From contig CM119264.1 in assembly GCA_051294375.1 (NCBI GenBank), forward strand, positions 10,701,832-10,765,831: a DNA stretch of 64,000 nucleotides. The letters are read 5' to 3'. The translations under genes and the position numbers were made by a program. This DNA is from Paraspadella gotoi. Its lineage: Eukaryota; Animalia; Chaetognatha. This document shows, one piece after another, positions 49,144-63,103 of this stretch (positions within the stretch are counted from its first letter, which is position 1; each line of letters starts with the position of its first letter). The notes under the pieces are model-generated. The model was not told the DNA's origin. It was given only the letters and a program-made list of their open reading frames with translations, and did not search any database.

Positions 49144-50699
49144 CTGAACGTAAAAAAAAAATATTATCCTGCGGAAACAAACAAACAAAAAAATAGAAAA
49201 TGATTAGAAATTTATTAAATTAAGATATTTTTTCTTAGGTTTCAGACGTATTTTGAATTAAATCAAATTCAGACGTATAATTTTTCATGATGCGATAATT
49301 TTCTTTTCGTTTTTATTGGTATTATTGATGAAGCTTGAAGTAACAAGCCGAAACATGTCAACTATAATTAAAAATCTTGTTAAAAATTCAAATTCTAATG
49401 CTTTTAAAATTTTTCAAACAAAATGGCAAGAAACAAACTTACCTTTGCCGGGAAGACGCTCGAGATGCTTATTTGAAAAGTAGACCAATAAATAATTTGA
49501 TTTATAAGGTGAAGAAATCATTGTCGTGGTCAGGCGGAGTTTCTCTTCAATTTTGCGCCATTTATTCGAATATTTCTCGTTTATCTTTTGCACTACCAGT
49601 TTCCGAATTGTAAAATGTAAATTTAGACGGTTGTAGTAGAGTTTATACCTTATATTTTACTTAAAAAAATGTACGAAATTTATAAGAATGTGATCAGATG
49701 AAGTTTGCACAAAATAAGTAAGAGCTTATTGTTTAAAATAGGATATTAATTATACTCTTAATATTACTTTTTGATCTTACTCTTCTGAGGCAAAGTGTGC
49801 CTTAAATTGGATTAACAGTGGCTTAAATTTTAATGAAAACTTTTTCACGCGATTAATTTTTTTTATTATTATCGTAAAAATTTATTTCACTTTAGCGACC
49901 AAAAAGTTTTAGCCCTTTATTTTTTGAGATTTAATTTGTTCATTTCATATCAAATTTGATTCTTTAATTATTTTTGTTTGCTCAACAGACAATTTGATTT
50001 ATTTTATTCTTCGTTCGCTTATTTCTTCTTGTCTTTCGTTCACCGTTTAGTCTTCCTAAAACCCTTGACTTTTTATTATACTGTCATTGTCTTTTTTTAT
50101 CTCTTTTTAACTTATTGTTAGGCCTTTTCTTTCCTTCCCTTCACGCTTATCCTTTTGCTTCTTCTTTCTCACCTTCCCCTCATCTCGCGCCGCTCCACTC
50201 CTCCATCTATTATTCACTTCATCCTCCTCTTCCCGCGGGACTCCCCCCCCCTACTCCCCCCCTCACAATATCCGCGAACGGGTTCTTATCACCAGCCGGG
50301 CTCTTTTAGTTTGTATACACTCTTCATCGGAGTTAAGAAGAAAAAAGGAAGGAGAAGTAAAACTAATCAACTTCTTTTTTTTTTACCCCGTGTCACCATT
50401 GCTATCGAACGTGTCATATTACAATCTCTTTTGTAACTATTTTGCCTCAGGCGTGAAGCTCTTATTTTAAAGTTAAAAGTCAAAACTCTCTCTCACTCTC
50501 TCTCTACATACCTTCGGTGAGATTTATTTTCGTTTCGTGGCTTCCCAACTTAGTCTGCGAGCGACAGCGAAAGAGATAAGGAAAGGTGGGAGCGCTATGG
50601 GGTGGGCGGGACACCCGGAGAAATGTGGGCAAGAGTACCTGGCGTCGGAGACGGCGAAATCTGGATCTGGCAGCGAGGATCTCGAAAAGTAGGATCGCG

Positions 50700-50862
50700 C
50701 CAACGATTGGCTCTTGAGGCGGAGGCGATTTGGCGCCAAGGATTGGCTGAAAAGCGCGGGAAAGATCGCGGTTAAGATTGGCAGAAAGAAGAAAATTATT
50801 TGTGCCGATTGGCTTTATGATGGGACGGAGAATCTCGGTTTGACACGCGGGAACAATTGGAT
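50700..50862 (-). promoter_or_regulatory. Cluster of CCAAT boxes with E2F-like sites
   Basis: GATTGG(C) at 50705, 50741, 50776 and 50807, and AATTGG at 50855. Also tttggcgc (~50729) and gcgcgggaaa (~50754). A minus-strand donor gaag|gtatgt lies at ~50511. Confidence 0.45.
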
Positions 50863-53800
50863 GCAGATTGACCCAGATGCGGTAGACATTATCCAAAGTA
50901 ATAACGAATTTGTCGTGAACTTTTACTTGAATTAGACCAATTGATTCATTCGGAATTGGTGTTAAAAATAAGCAGTAAGAACAAGGCTCCGAAAACTGGT
51001 TGGCACCGCAAGGTTTTTAACATCGAATTCTGGCCCAAAAGAGAAAGCCCACGTCAATTAATGGTCTCTGGGCGGGAAAGCGGGGATTCGAAAAGGCGGG
51101 GAAACGGGAGACAAATCTCCCCTCTCGACTCCGGGTCAACCCTCTCTAGGCCAGAGACGAGATTACCTCCAGCTTCATTCAGATCCGAATTTGAAATAAG
51201 GAACGAAATCACAGTGGAGATTTTCGGTTCGCTGTGTGAGAGAGATTCTGATCGGTATACATTAAAATCGAAAAGATTCGCTTGTGGATTAGAGATTTTA
51301 CGAATTATATTTAAATCAAACAAGTGTTCTATTATATATCATTCCTTGCTGATAAAAAAAATCCTTATAATAATCTCCAAAGTAAATGCTGACTTCTCAG
51401 GTCAGTATTAATCAATTACAGGTATTACCTTATTGTTAATCTTCTTCCAACCAAAATTAACGATCTTGATCGATTCATGTGACCAGAATAAAATTCCCCA
51501 TCAGAGCCTCTCCCTTGCGCCAACCGTCTGAGTCGACTCGAAGGAAGAAGAGGCGCCCGGCCGCCGAGTGTAGAAAGTCTCAAATGCCTCGTTCTGTTAA
51601 AGGTCGCCCTCATAACCAACGAATTGTCGTCAACAACAACATCGTTTTTTAAAAATTTCTCCCCTCTACTCTTGCCCCCCCCCCCTTGCCCCCCCCTTCT
51701 TCCCCAGAGATTGATCCCAGCGAGAGGTTCGATTTGGTCACGCCTGGCCGCTCCACACCCCCTTCTACCCTTCTCTCCCGTGGGTCAAAGTCCGTCGCTC
51801 TCCCCGTGACCCTAGAGCGACCCCGAGCCCGTTTCCGGTCTCTGGTCTCCTAGCAACGAGAGCACGCCGCGAAATTCGGTTATTTACGCGATACACATAC
51901 AATATTTTTAGGGGGGAAGGGAGGGAGGAAGAATACCGTGTCTCGGGAAAGCTGGAGATAAAGAAATTAGTGGGTGATTGTCGGCGAATAAGAGATTGAG
52001 AGAGAGAGAGAGAGGAGAGAGAGAGATGAGAGAAGAGGAGAGAGAAGAGAGAGAGAGAGAGAGAGAGGAGAGAGAAGGATGGGTGTTTTCAAAAATCAAA
52101 TCTTATTCTGATTCTATCCAAGGAAACTTTTCTATTTCTTACCTTGCCTTTAGGCCCCAAGAGGCAAATTGTGAAGCGAAAAAAAAAAAATCGAATACCG
52201 TGGAAATAAAAAATTAAAAGGGACGGAGAAAAAACAAAAGACAAAATAGGAGACAGAGGAAAGAAATAAAGATGACGACGGTGAAAAGAATAAAAAAAAG
52301 GCGGCAGCGNNNNNNNNNNCGGAGAAAAAACAAAGGACAAAATAGGAGACAGAGGAAAGAAACAAAGATGGCGACGGTGAAAAGAATAAAAAAGGCGGCA
52401 GCGGCGAATCGTCGAGTCGTCGAATCTTCTCGCTTCCGCCTCGAGAGAGATAGAGAGCGAGAGGTATTGGGTTGGGAGATAAAAAGCAAGAAGGAAGCAA
52501 AGAAAGAAAAGGGTTTTTTTTTTCTCGTTCGCTTCTTTGCTGATTAACGTCGACACTCGTTACGTCGTTAACTTCATCGCCGACGATTCGAAATGCCATT
52601 GGCCGCCCACGCCGCATNNNNNNNNNNCGCAGCCACATTCGACGCCGCCGACACCGCCAACGACGCCGCCGCCGCCTGCCATCCACCATAAGGTGTTTTT
52701 CCCTCTTCTCTTTCAGTTAATCGAATAAATCGTCAAACTCACTTTCGTTTAGAGGAAAGAAGACGGTGGAGGTTGGAAAGGAATCGGAGGAAAGGAGAGG
52801 AAAGGAAGGAAATTAGATAAGTGAAAGAAGGAATGGAGAGAGTAAAGAAAGGAGAGGTAAGACGGAGAAAGAGGAGGAGGGGCGCGAAAGGAAAGTAGAG
52901 ATGGAGGAAAGCAAGGAGGAAACTGATGAAGGCTCCCGTTCAACTTTACCGGTGGATTGGAAAGTAATATAGATTTTCGAATTAATGGATGAGGTTTTTC
53001 TCGAGTCTACGTGAGAGTGGAAATTCATTTAGCTTCGCGTTTACGAGCAGTCGAGCACTGTAAACAGAACGAATTTGACGAAACAGGAGAGTCACTTATT
53101 AACGATAACGTAATTTTATTGTTGCGAAAATTATTATTAATTTTTATTATTAATTATTAAATAAACTGAAGACAAAAAAGTTTAGTTTTATTTCTAGTGA
53201 CATTATTTTTTTAAAAATGTTCACTAATGTAAATTAATATCCTGGTAAAAATCACCACTGGTGAACGTCATTCCAAGTTACCACTGAACAGACCGAAACT
53301 TAGCTCAAAAAGATTTCTCACGCTGAATAAACAAAAAAAAACGTTAAATTAGTCCATCTGCTCTCCCTTTTTTTTTCTTTCATATTTTCCGCGCCTATCC
53401 TTATCCGCCTCCTCCTCCTCTTCCTCCTCCTCCCGGTCTCATTCCTCATCCCTCATTTCCTCTTCCTCCTCCCGAACTTCCGTTTTAGTTTTTTCCGTCT
53501 CCCTTTCCACGCGGCGTCTCACGCGCATTAGATTCCCTCATCGGACGTTCACTTGTTTTTTTTTTCTTTTTTGTCCCCGGGACGAGTTCCGTGCGCGCGC
53601 GCGTCGCGAGACCTGATCACGGACGTGGGCGGACGAGTTTCGCTAGTTGAGACTTGCGTACTAAAGAAAAAAAAAAGAAAAGACAAAACAGAACAACAAC
53701 AAGAAAAAAAAAACGGGCCGAAACAAAGATTGTCCGCTTGCTTGAGCTCGTTAGCCGAATCTTTCTCGAACAACGCTCCCCGGTGACTGTTAATGAACGA

Positions 53801-55033
53801 CTTTTTCCGCGTGGAACATCTTTACGATGTCCTTTTTTTTTATATATTTAGTTTTTACCGATCACTTTAAAGCGGAGTTTACGGTATTCGTCGGAAATCT
53901 TTTTTCTTTTTTGCTTTACAGTTGTATCCTTTTATTTTTCTGCTATAACTACACTTTGTTTTCCTTTAAAGGTCGCGATAACCAAAGACGAGGCTTTTTT
54001 ACGACGAACATAAAGGACGAATTTATAGAAGAGAGAATTTTGGAAAGAAACAAAAACGAAAAAAAAAAATAAATAAAAAAAGCGCGATACTTGATACTAA
54101 AATATTTCTGAAATACGAAAATGAAAATAAAAAATGGATGTGAAAAAAATAACAGCCAAAGAATAAAAAAAAAATCTGGACAAAAGTTGGAAAATGAACC
54201 GTAATAAAAAAGAATCGAAAAGCTCCAAACCCAAAAATCATCTTTAAAACGTCAAAAAAAAGCTCATTTTTATTAATCAAATTCTCCTCAGTCCCCGAGA
54301 CTGAGTTTCAAAGTTTCGAAGTTTATCCGAAAAGAGGTAAGATAAATTCTCGCGCGAGAAGCGAAAAATTACTTTTTCATGCGATTTTTCCCAAATTTTA
54401 AACGGAAGGGGGGGGGGAGAGGATAGGCAAAAGGTGGGGGTGGTAAGAGGAGAGAGGTAAGGTAGGGATTTTTTTTTTAAATCCTTTATTCACGTAACCC
54501 TTCGGCTGGAGATTGTGAGGTCTAAGGATCAATACCCGCTCCTACTTTGAGGAGGAACTTAATAAAATTCTGTCTGACCTGACGACCCTCCAAGAAAGAT
54601 AGCTGCGCTGGCTTCTTTTCCTTTTTCCAACTTGATTGTATCACCGAAATGGCCCACAACGGCTCAAAATAACAACAACAACGACTTTTTTTCAAATATA
54701 TCCTTGCTCGAGTCGAGATGAAGAAAAACTTTATTTTGTGAAAATTTAACTTTTTTTAAAAAAAGATTAAAAATTGTTTTCACCTTGACTATGCGCATAA
54801 TCGTAGGAAGTTTTTAGTTAATAGTTTTTTATTTTCGTTTACTAAACTTAGTAACAATTTTCCTCATAAGCCTATTTGAAAATTAGTTCTTATTTTTCTA
54901 ACATATACATGGTTAAGTTGATTCTCTTATCTCCAAGTCCATGGAAAGTCTCTCTTTTCTTAAGCGAATCATCATTCGCTCATTCTCACCACTCAATCAT
55001 TCAAATCGCGCAATAAAACTAAAAAGGGTCGAG

Positions 55034-55036
<3 letters not shown>

Positions 55037-55086
<50 letters not shown>
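55037..55086. repeat. (AG)n microsatellite, representative of dozens of AG/CT tracts in the window
   Basis: Pure dinucleotide run. Similar tracts at ~8165, 8620, 9065, 14195, 47274, 55519, 59045, 60842 and 63011. Confidence 0.95.
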
Positions 55087-55089
<3 letters not shown>

Positions 55090-55518
55090 AAAGAAGAACT
55101 GACTGGATTAAAACGTTGACCCTGGGAAGATGTAAGGAATTAGCGAAGCCGTTGCCGAAATGGTTTCCGTCCGGCCAATTCCGGAGGCGGCCATGGCGGC
55201 GGGCGGAGGCGGCGGAGGCGGCGGTGGTAGATGGCGGACGGGATATAAGGGTCCGTGGGGGCATTTTGCTGAATTCGCATCTGACCCGGTGGTGGCCAAC
55301 GCAAGAGGAAGGCAAGAGGGCGGAATAAGGGGGTGGCTGGGGGTGTTGAAGGGGTGGCTGGGGGTGGGAAGGGGTGGGGGATGTGATTGAAAAGAGTTTA
55401 AGGGTCAAACAAGTTAAGATCTAGCGGGAGCGATGGACTTGGGTTTGTTGGGGTGAATTAAAGATATGTAGATGACCTCGATTTATATGGGGCTTGTTTC
55501 GATTCTAATTCCAATGTT

Positions 55519-55594
<76 letters not shown>

Positions 55595-56862
55595 TTATCT
55601 CGTTCAAGAGACAAATCTCATTTCATGAGACAAAAATCCCTTTTTGTACTCTGGAATCTCTCTGATGTGGGTTTCGTTTCGTATTATTATTAAAATTATG
55701 CATTATTTGTAGTAAGAAGAACAAATCTTTACAAAAGTAGTACTACTAACATTTTTATTATTTCGCAGAGCGTTCGATTACAAATCAAGTTTTTTTCTAA
55801 CTTCATTTCTGTTCTTTCCGTTTGCTCCCTTTTCTCTCTCTCTTCCCAACATTTTCCATTCTTTCACTCGCTCTTTTCACCCTTTTCGTCTCTTTTATTC
55901 TTTGCTTCCCACTTTTCCATTAATTTCTTCCTACCTTTTTTTAGTTTTTATTTATTTTCCAATCTTTCTTTCCTCCCATTCCTTTTTCTCCATCCACGGG
56001 CAAAAGTGCGGCTGCACCCCCGCGGTCTTCGGACAATGGGTCCGAGGCAGTAGCAGAATCCGTTGGTGGAAGCGCAAACTGATTTACTTGATTAAGACGA
56101 CGACGAAGACGACGATAACAACGACGACGACTACGTTGCCTTCAAAACAAGGGCAAAGAAGAGATGGGAAAAAAAAGGGAAGCGAAGCGGAACGCAGTAA
56201 ATGGAGGACGTCGGTTAAAATCCGATTTCCGCGAGAGATGGCGCGAGTTTAGCTTGAACTCCGAGTGTCGCTGGCGGAGGATTCCTTTCTGTTTACGAGA
56301 AGGAAAGCTATATTATATACTAAGCTATATAACGTATTTAATTATTTATATACTTGATCGTCACATCAATTGACACGTATAGGCCACGGCGAACTCGCGA
56401 CTTCGCTGGTGACCGATGACCTTTGACCCGGAGTCCGGATTCAGGCAGGGCTGTTCATCCCACTGCCCCCCCTCTCTGACCCCTGGGCCTCACGTCGCCC
56501 GTGAGCCGGCGGTGAATCGGGAATTCGCGATTAGGAAGCAAATAAGAAACCCGGTCCATCGTCGTCCCGGGTTTCACTCTCCTTTTCCATTTCATATTTT
56601 TGCAGTTTTTAGTAATATTATTGGGCCCTAACTAAAATTGTTTAAAAAATTGAAAAATAAATAAATAAATTGAGCCACAAAAAAATTGGAGGAAGGTAAA
56701 AAAAGGCCCCCTGTGTTAAGAGTTACTTCGGAGTTCCTGGCATCTGGCTGCGGAATTGGTCACAAGAGCAAAAAGAAGGGGTGAAGAATCGCGGCGCGAA
56801 AAAAAGTAAGGAAAAGGTTTGAGGGAAACTCAGGGAGAATTATAAAGGAATAGAATAGTAGT

Positions 56863-56905
56863 AAATAAATAAATAAATATATAAATATATAAATATATAA
56901 ATATA

Positions 56906-56953
<48 letters not shown>

Positions 56954-57010
56954 ATTTTCATTTAATGAATGATGGGTTAAATAAATGAATAAATGAATAA
57001 ATGAATAAAT
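56863..57010. repeat. (AATA)n/(AATATATA)n simple repeat
   Basis: Directly visible tandem units. Confidence 0.9.
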
Positions 57011-58654
57011 GTATAAATTAGTAAATTAATCATTACCTGCTCCCCCAACTACTCGATATTACTCCTTTCTCAGTCGATTCCGGAATGGGCCCATCAAACC
57101 CCAGCGGATAAATTCGAGTCCCGTCGACCGAAATAGAATCGCCTCGCATCGGCCCACGTCCGTCTTCTCCACCTGCTGCACCTGTCCAAAAACCAGCTGC
57201 CTTTTTTTGACCTTTTTGCTGCCGACATAAAAAAGGTCGTTGATTGATTAAACTCGCAACTCGTCGCCTCCGAACCGCGCCCCACAGCGCCCCCTTCTCC
57301 GGACGAAAGAAAAAACACAAAACCGATGGCAGCGGTCGACCTCTTGCCATTTCGGCCAACTCCCCATCGGCGTTGCCTTACCCAACGCGGTCGCCTTACC
57401 CAACCGAGCTAATAAGACCGTCGTCAAACTATAGCACACGCCCTCTTCACCTCAGACTCTCGTTAAAACATTCTCTCGACTGATTAGTACTACCGTAAAA
57501 AAAACCAAGTTTTTCCACCTCCGTACCCGATGCCGCTTTCACTTAAAACTCACCCACAGCCCCACCTTTCTCTTCTTCGGCTCAGCAGCGATCATTTCTC
57601 ACTCAAAAAACCTCACCCTGACATTTAAGCAACGGTCATCACCGACCGAGAAACCCACCCACCCGGTTCCACACCCCACCGCCTCTTCCCTCCGGTCCAT
57701 GAACCCGCCGACCCGTCGCCCGTCCATTTCATAACCGTCACGGGAGACTTTTTAGCGGTTCGGGTCTCTTCCATCCGTGGACCATGGACCATGGTGGTCT
57801 ACGACGCTGCCGCTCCGCAGCTCGGCCCTGATTCGCTGCTCTGCGCTGCAAGGGCAAATATGCTGGGTCCCGACTGCCTGTCCGGCACGGTCCGGCTCAA
57901 TCCGGAGCGTTAGAGTCAGTTTTTTTTGTTTTTTGTTGGGGGGGGGGTGGAGTTGAGCGGGTTCGAGGGATCGGTCGAAAAGGCGCCCCTTTTCCGCGGG
58001 GCGCCCGCCGAAAATCGGCCGGGCCCAGTGGGCGGAACCCAAACTTGAAACAATTAGGAATTCCGGTCAGCCGCTGGACTCGGTCCAAAACTGACCGCCA
58101 TATTTCTTTTTTTTTTTCCTCTTTCCACGAAAATCGAGAAGAAGATCGGAGGAAAGGAAAACGATGAGATTTTTCGAGAAACTTATCTTTTTTATATTTT
58201 TTTTTTTAACATTTTTTTTTCTGCTTTGCTCGTTTGTTTTTTGTTTATCGACTTCGCCCGAGGTCGTCCTTGGCAACGAGTTTTCGTACTTCATGCGGAC
58301 AAAATTCTTTTTATATTTTTTTCTTTTTTTTTAACTTTTCAAAAGTACGAACTTTTCCTCTCGCTTTAAAGGTTCGAATTTTTGCGCGTTCGCTTCTTTT
58401 CACTAATAATCCTCGGAGCTTAATCTTAGGCGAGTCTTAGGCGAGAGTTGTTCCTTTGTCGGCGGTCCGACCATCAGTGGAGATTCATCGGGGAGAAAGC
58501 CAGAGGGGGCGAGAGGGACAATCGCCGAGGGGGGAAAAGAAGAAGAAGAAGGAGGAGAATGATGAGGAAGAGGAAGAGGAAAAAAGATGGCGTCCGGCGA
58601 AAAAGGCTGTCGCTCTCTCCTCACTCTTTTTTAATATTCTTCCATATTCTCTTT

Positions 58655-58655
58655 T

Positions 58656-58746
<91 letters not shown>
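58655..58746. repeat. (TTTC)n microsatellite
   Basis: Perfect tetranucleotide run. Confidence 0.95.
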
Positions 58747-58747
<1 letters not shown>

Positions 58748-59065
58748 TTTTTGATCGTCTTTGCTTTTTTCTTTTTTATCTATTCATGAATTCATTCATT
58801 CCTTTCTGAATTCATTCATTCATTCATTCATTCTCTCCTTCTTTTTTCTTCTTTCTATTTTTAGATCTTTCATTCTCTTATCGTTCCTTTTTCTTTTTTT
58901 CTTTTTTTGAGCGCTAAGGATGGACAGAGCGCTGCGACAGCCGGATCCCCTCTGGGACGGGGTCAGTCAGATCGTCCTTTTATGGGACAAGATTAGGTTT
59001 TGTGGATCCGTGGTTTTAGAGCTCGGAAGGCAGAGAGAAAAATGAGAGAGAGAGAAATAGAAGAG

Positions 59066-59171
<106 letters not shown>

Positions 59172-60841
59172 GGAGAGCAGAGACGAAAAGTGGCTGTCTT
59201 CCGCAACAAAAACTCTTCTGGTTTCGAGTTTGGAAGACGTTGCGTCTCAGTCTCCCATCGGGAGTCACAAGATGGACGTTGTGAGTCTGTGACTCTTAGG
59301 AGCGTGAATGGTAGCGGGCGTGGATAGACGAAACCGACCAGTTGGTTCGAGTGACAAATAAACCCTAAATAAAGCAAAGGTCAGTTGTCTCGAGTTGTAC
59401 ATAAATAGCTCAGTATCACTAAGAATTAAAAAAAATATTTTTTATAAATGTAATCGTAAGTCTAATAACTCTAATTTATTCATGAAACGTAATTAAACTT
59501 AAGTGCTTTAGTGATACGCAAATGTAGCCAATAGTCATAAATGATACTGTTCGTTCGTGCGTCGACTTTGAATTGTTAAAAAACAGTGCAGCCATCAACA
59601 AAAGGCAAACGCCGTGAGGCTGGAATTAAAGTTGGTCCAAAAATACCTGCGTCCCTGTGAGTCATTGGCGTCTAAAAACATTTTGAAGCTTTTAAAGGTC
59701 TTTTCTAAAGGCGCGTGAATGCGACAGTTTGGGCGCCCGTCCACAGACTCACAGTTTTGAAAACTCGAAACGCAAAGAGATCATAAGCGGATGAACGGTT
59801 TCGAATTTTCAGAATAATGAAGTTTGGATAAATAGATGAAAATAGAGGAAAGGAGAACGAAAAAGGAAAACAAAGGAAGAATTTCGGCGAAAAGAGAGGA
59901 AGAAAGGAAAGAAAAAAAGAAAGAAAGAAGAGAAAAACTAAAATTTGTATAGACGCTTTAGGAGGAATTAGAGCAAAGAAAGGACAAAACGGGATGAGAG
60001 AAAAGAAAGAAAAAAGAAATGGAAAAAAAAAAGGAAGCGATGATTATGAAACCGGGAAGGGTGAATGAATGAATTTGAGAAAAGGAAGTGACGAAAGAAA
60101 TAAAAAGGATGGGAACTCTCGAAGGAATAAAAAAAAGGGGTTGTCTCCAATTGTCATTCTGAATTCTTAAGTCGGGCGAAGATAATCGCGAAGTCGAGAG
60201 GGGGTTTCCGAATAAAAGTTAACGACGAGGAGTGAGCGAAGCCGATGGGGGATGAAAGAAAATGAAGAAAAGAAGAGATAAAAGGAGTAAGAAAGGAAGA
60301 AAGACGATATGGAGGAAGGGAGAAGGAAAAAAAAGGGAGGAATGAGGCGATAAGTGACAGAAAAAAAGAGAAGCATTAGTTTCCGAACTAAAATGAATGC
60401 GATTCGATTCCAAGAGCGGGGTTTTACAAAAAGGATACCATGAAATAATGAACGGGAGAGAGAGCGAGAGGAATTGGAGGAAAGAAAAGTCGGGAGGAAA
60501 AAAAGGTCGACTGGGTGAGAGAAAGGGAAGAAAAGTTAAAAACTGAGCGTTAAGTGGGCAAGACTTTTATGGAAGGTTATGACAGACAACAAAACAAAGC
60601 AATTACCAAAACAAATTTAAGCTCCTGGCGGAACAATGAAGGCTCGCGTTTAAAATTCAGTTCTGCTTTTTTGGAAAAAGATTTTTTTGTTAAAAAAAAA
60701 GAGACAAAATAATTCCATAGTTTCTAAAATGCTTTTTAATTGCACTCGCTCATCTGAAGTCGCAAATGAGTATTTTCTAAAGTTATTTCTCAAGAATTAA
60801 CTCATGCATTTGGCAACCGGTTAAGATTGAAAACATGCAAG

Positions 60842-60894
<53 letters not shown>

Positions 60895-61103
60895 TCGCTC
60901 GTTCCCCATAAAACACGTCAATGCCTTGTCAAGCCTTTCACAACGCACTTCTCGATTCTACAGTAAACACGCTTTCACCCGTAACCTTTTTTCGAGGTTT
61001 TCTTGATTATTTTCGGTTCTTAGAGAAGAAACGTGAGCGAACGAACGAGATCGTGCGCGAATTGTTTTCGCAAGAAAAGCGACGAACACATGGACAAAAG
61101 AGA

Positions 61104-61190
61104 AGAAAAGAAAAGAAAAGAAAAGAAAAGAAAAGAAAAGAAAAGAAAAGAAAAGAAAAGAAAAGAAAAGAAAAGAAAAGAAAAGAAAAG
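61104..61190. repeat. (AAAAG)n microsatellite
   Basis: Perfect pentanucleotide run. Confidence 0.95.
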
Positions 61191-61589
61191 GAAGGAAAAT
61201 AAAATAAAATAAAATAAAAAGCCTGTCCAAAGTCAGGGGCTATTTTTAAAAAATAAAATAAAAAACTACAAACGGACTTAAAAGGCATTTTATTTAGTAG
61301 TAGCAGCAGTAAGAACTTACACAAGCGTGTATCCACATATATATACACTTATTTACATGTATATATATTATATATTCATGCTTGAATAGATTATTTCGCC
61401 TTTTAAACGAAGAAGCAAAAGTAGATTTGTTGGACAGAAAATCCCTGTTCTCGTTGTGGTTGTCGTTTGTTGCACGGAGGGTCTTCATCTCGACGAAACT
61501 ATCGACCACTTTCCTCGCACTCGAGGATCGAATTCCCTCGTATCACGAAGCCCAACCGAGTCACGCGGCGTCGAGAGAAGCGAGGTGCT

Positions 61590-61672
<83 letters not shown>
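61590..61672. repeat. (GTC)n trinucleotide microsatellite
   Basis: Perfect run. It produces spurious poly-V/R/S/D ORFs. Confidence 0.95.
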
Positions 61673-61673
<1 letters not shown>

Positions 61674-63007
61674 GCATTAATTCCTTTTATCATATTAATC
61701 AGCGCTGCCAAGTTCATAGAACGTGCGTTGAAGCTTCTCTAGTGTTGCGATGATAGAGGCTTAAATTTCTTAAAATCTAAAATTTAATTTTTTTTACTTC
61801 TTCAATTTCAAGAAAAGGCAAACTTTTTTTTTAATTTTTATTTTTTTTATTTTTTATTTCGTATCTAAAAATATTGAGAAACATCCATTTCTCGATTCAT
61901 TTTTTATATCGTTTTTTCTCAACCTTATTTTTCTTTAAAAAAGGAAATAAGTCGAACCTTCGGTTTTTTTTCTTTCTCGCTTTTTTTTCAACCCTCTTCC
62001 TTTAACACCCACCCTTCCTAATCTTTGTGAGACTCACCATTTCTCCTTCTTGCTCTAACTTACCCTTTTACAGTATTTTACCTTCTCCTCCTAGACTCCT
62101 ATTTTCTTCCCATCCCTCTTTTCCAAACTGCCATCTGCCGACTACCATCTGCCCTTCTACGTTTACCACCCAAACAACCATTTCGCTCTACCACCTACCA
62201 CGTCATCCACCACCCTTTCCACACTACCAACCGATCACCCTCCACTCCACCTTTCCCGACTACGACTCTCTACCACTCAACCCCATTGCAACTTTCACTG
62301 TGCCACCCGTCCCTTTTATGTCATCCATCCTACACATTTATTTTTTTCATCTTATTTCAGGCACCCTGTCAATAGCTTCCGCAAGGACGGGTTTGGAGGG
62401 GGGGGCTCGGTTTGCGTTCAACGGTTTAATCGAGAGAGTCTAGAAAAAAAACTCAGAGTCGGCTGCGGTGCCGATAGAGTTGCCGATTCTGGTGCCGGTT
62501 CCCGTGCTCACGCTGGTCCGGCTTCCCGTTGCGGTGACTCAAAGAAGCCGTTGACGTTCAACTTAAGCTTAGATTAAAGTGGTGGCGCATGGATTATATA
62601 GCATTGACCTCGGCATTAAATTGCGTTTAATCTAAACCGAATTTAATGCGCTTCCTCCATTGCTTTGCCATCCCCTGCTGCTCTTACTCCAATACTGCCT
62701 TTCTTGTTATCTCCCACACTCGCTTGCTCTACTGCTCCACTACCCTCTTCCGGTCTTCCTCTCGCACATCCGCACATCCGGTTCCACTACATATCCCGGC
62801 TCCTCCACCCTACATCCGACGTGCTCCTCCATCACCTTCTTCCCTTACCCCGGCACCCCACCCCCCTTTCTCCATCTCGTTTCTGACGAAAGACGTTTTT
62901 GAGATCTCATCTCCTCAGAGTATTTTTATTTCTCTTCCTCCTCCTTTTGCCATTTCGCCATTTTCCTTCCGGTTTGTTTTTCCTTTTTTTCATTTTTATA
63001 CACCGTC

Positions 63008-63103
<96 letters not shown>

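Noticed and set aside
52224-52403. ~85-bp direct repeat (similar cases at ~46160-46255, ~19585-19700 and ~16460-16730)
   Set aside because: Each pair flanks a 10-N gap, so these are unmerged overlapping contig ends or alleles, not biology.
58425-58445. Two TTAGGC units (nematode telomere motif)
   Set aside because: Just an ~11-bp local duplication, too short to be informative.
61382-61753. Poly-V/R/S/D ORFs, and the many LSLS/RERE ORFs elsewhere
   Set aside because: Translations of (GTC)n and (AG)n microsatellites.
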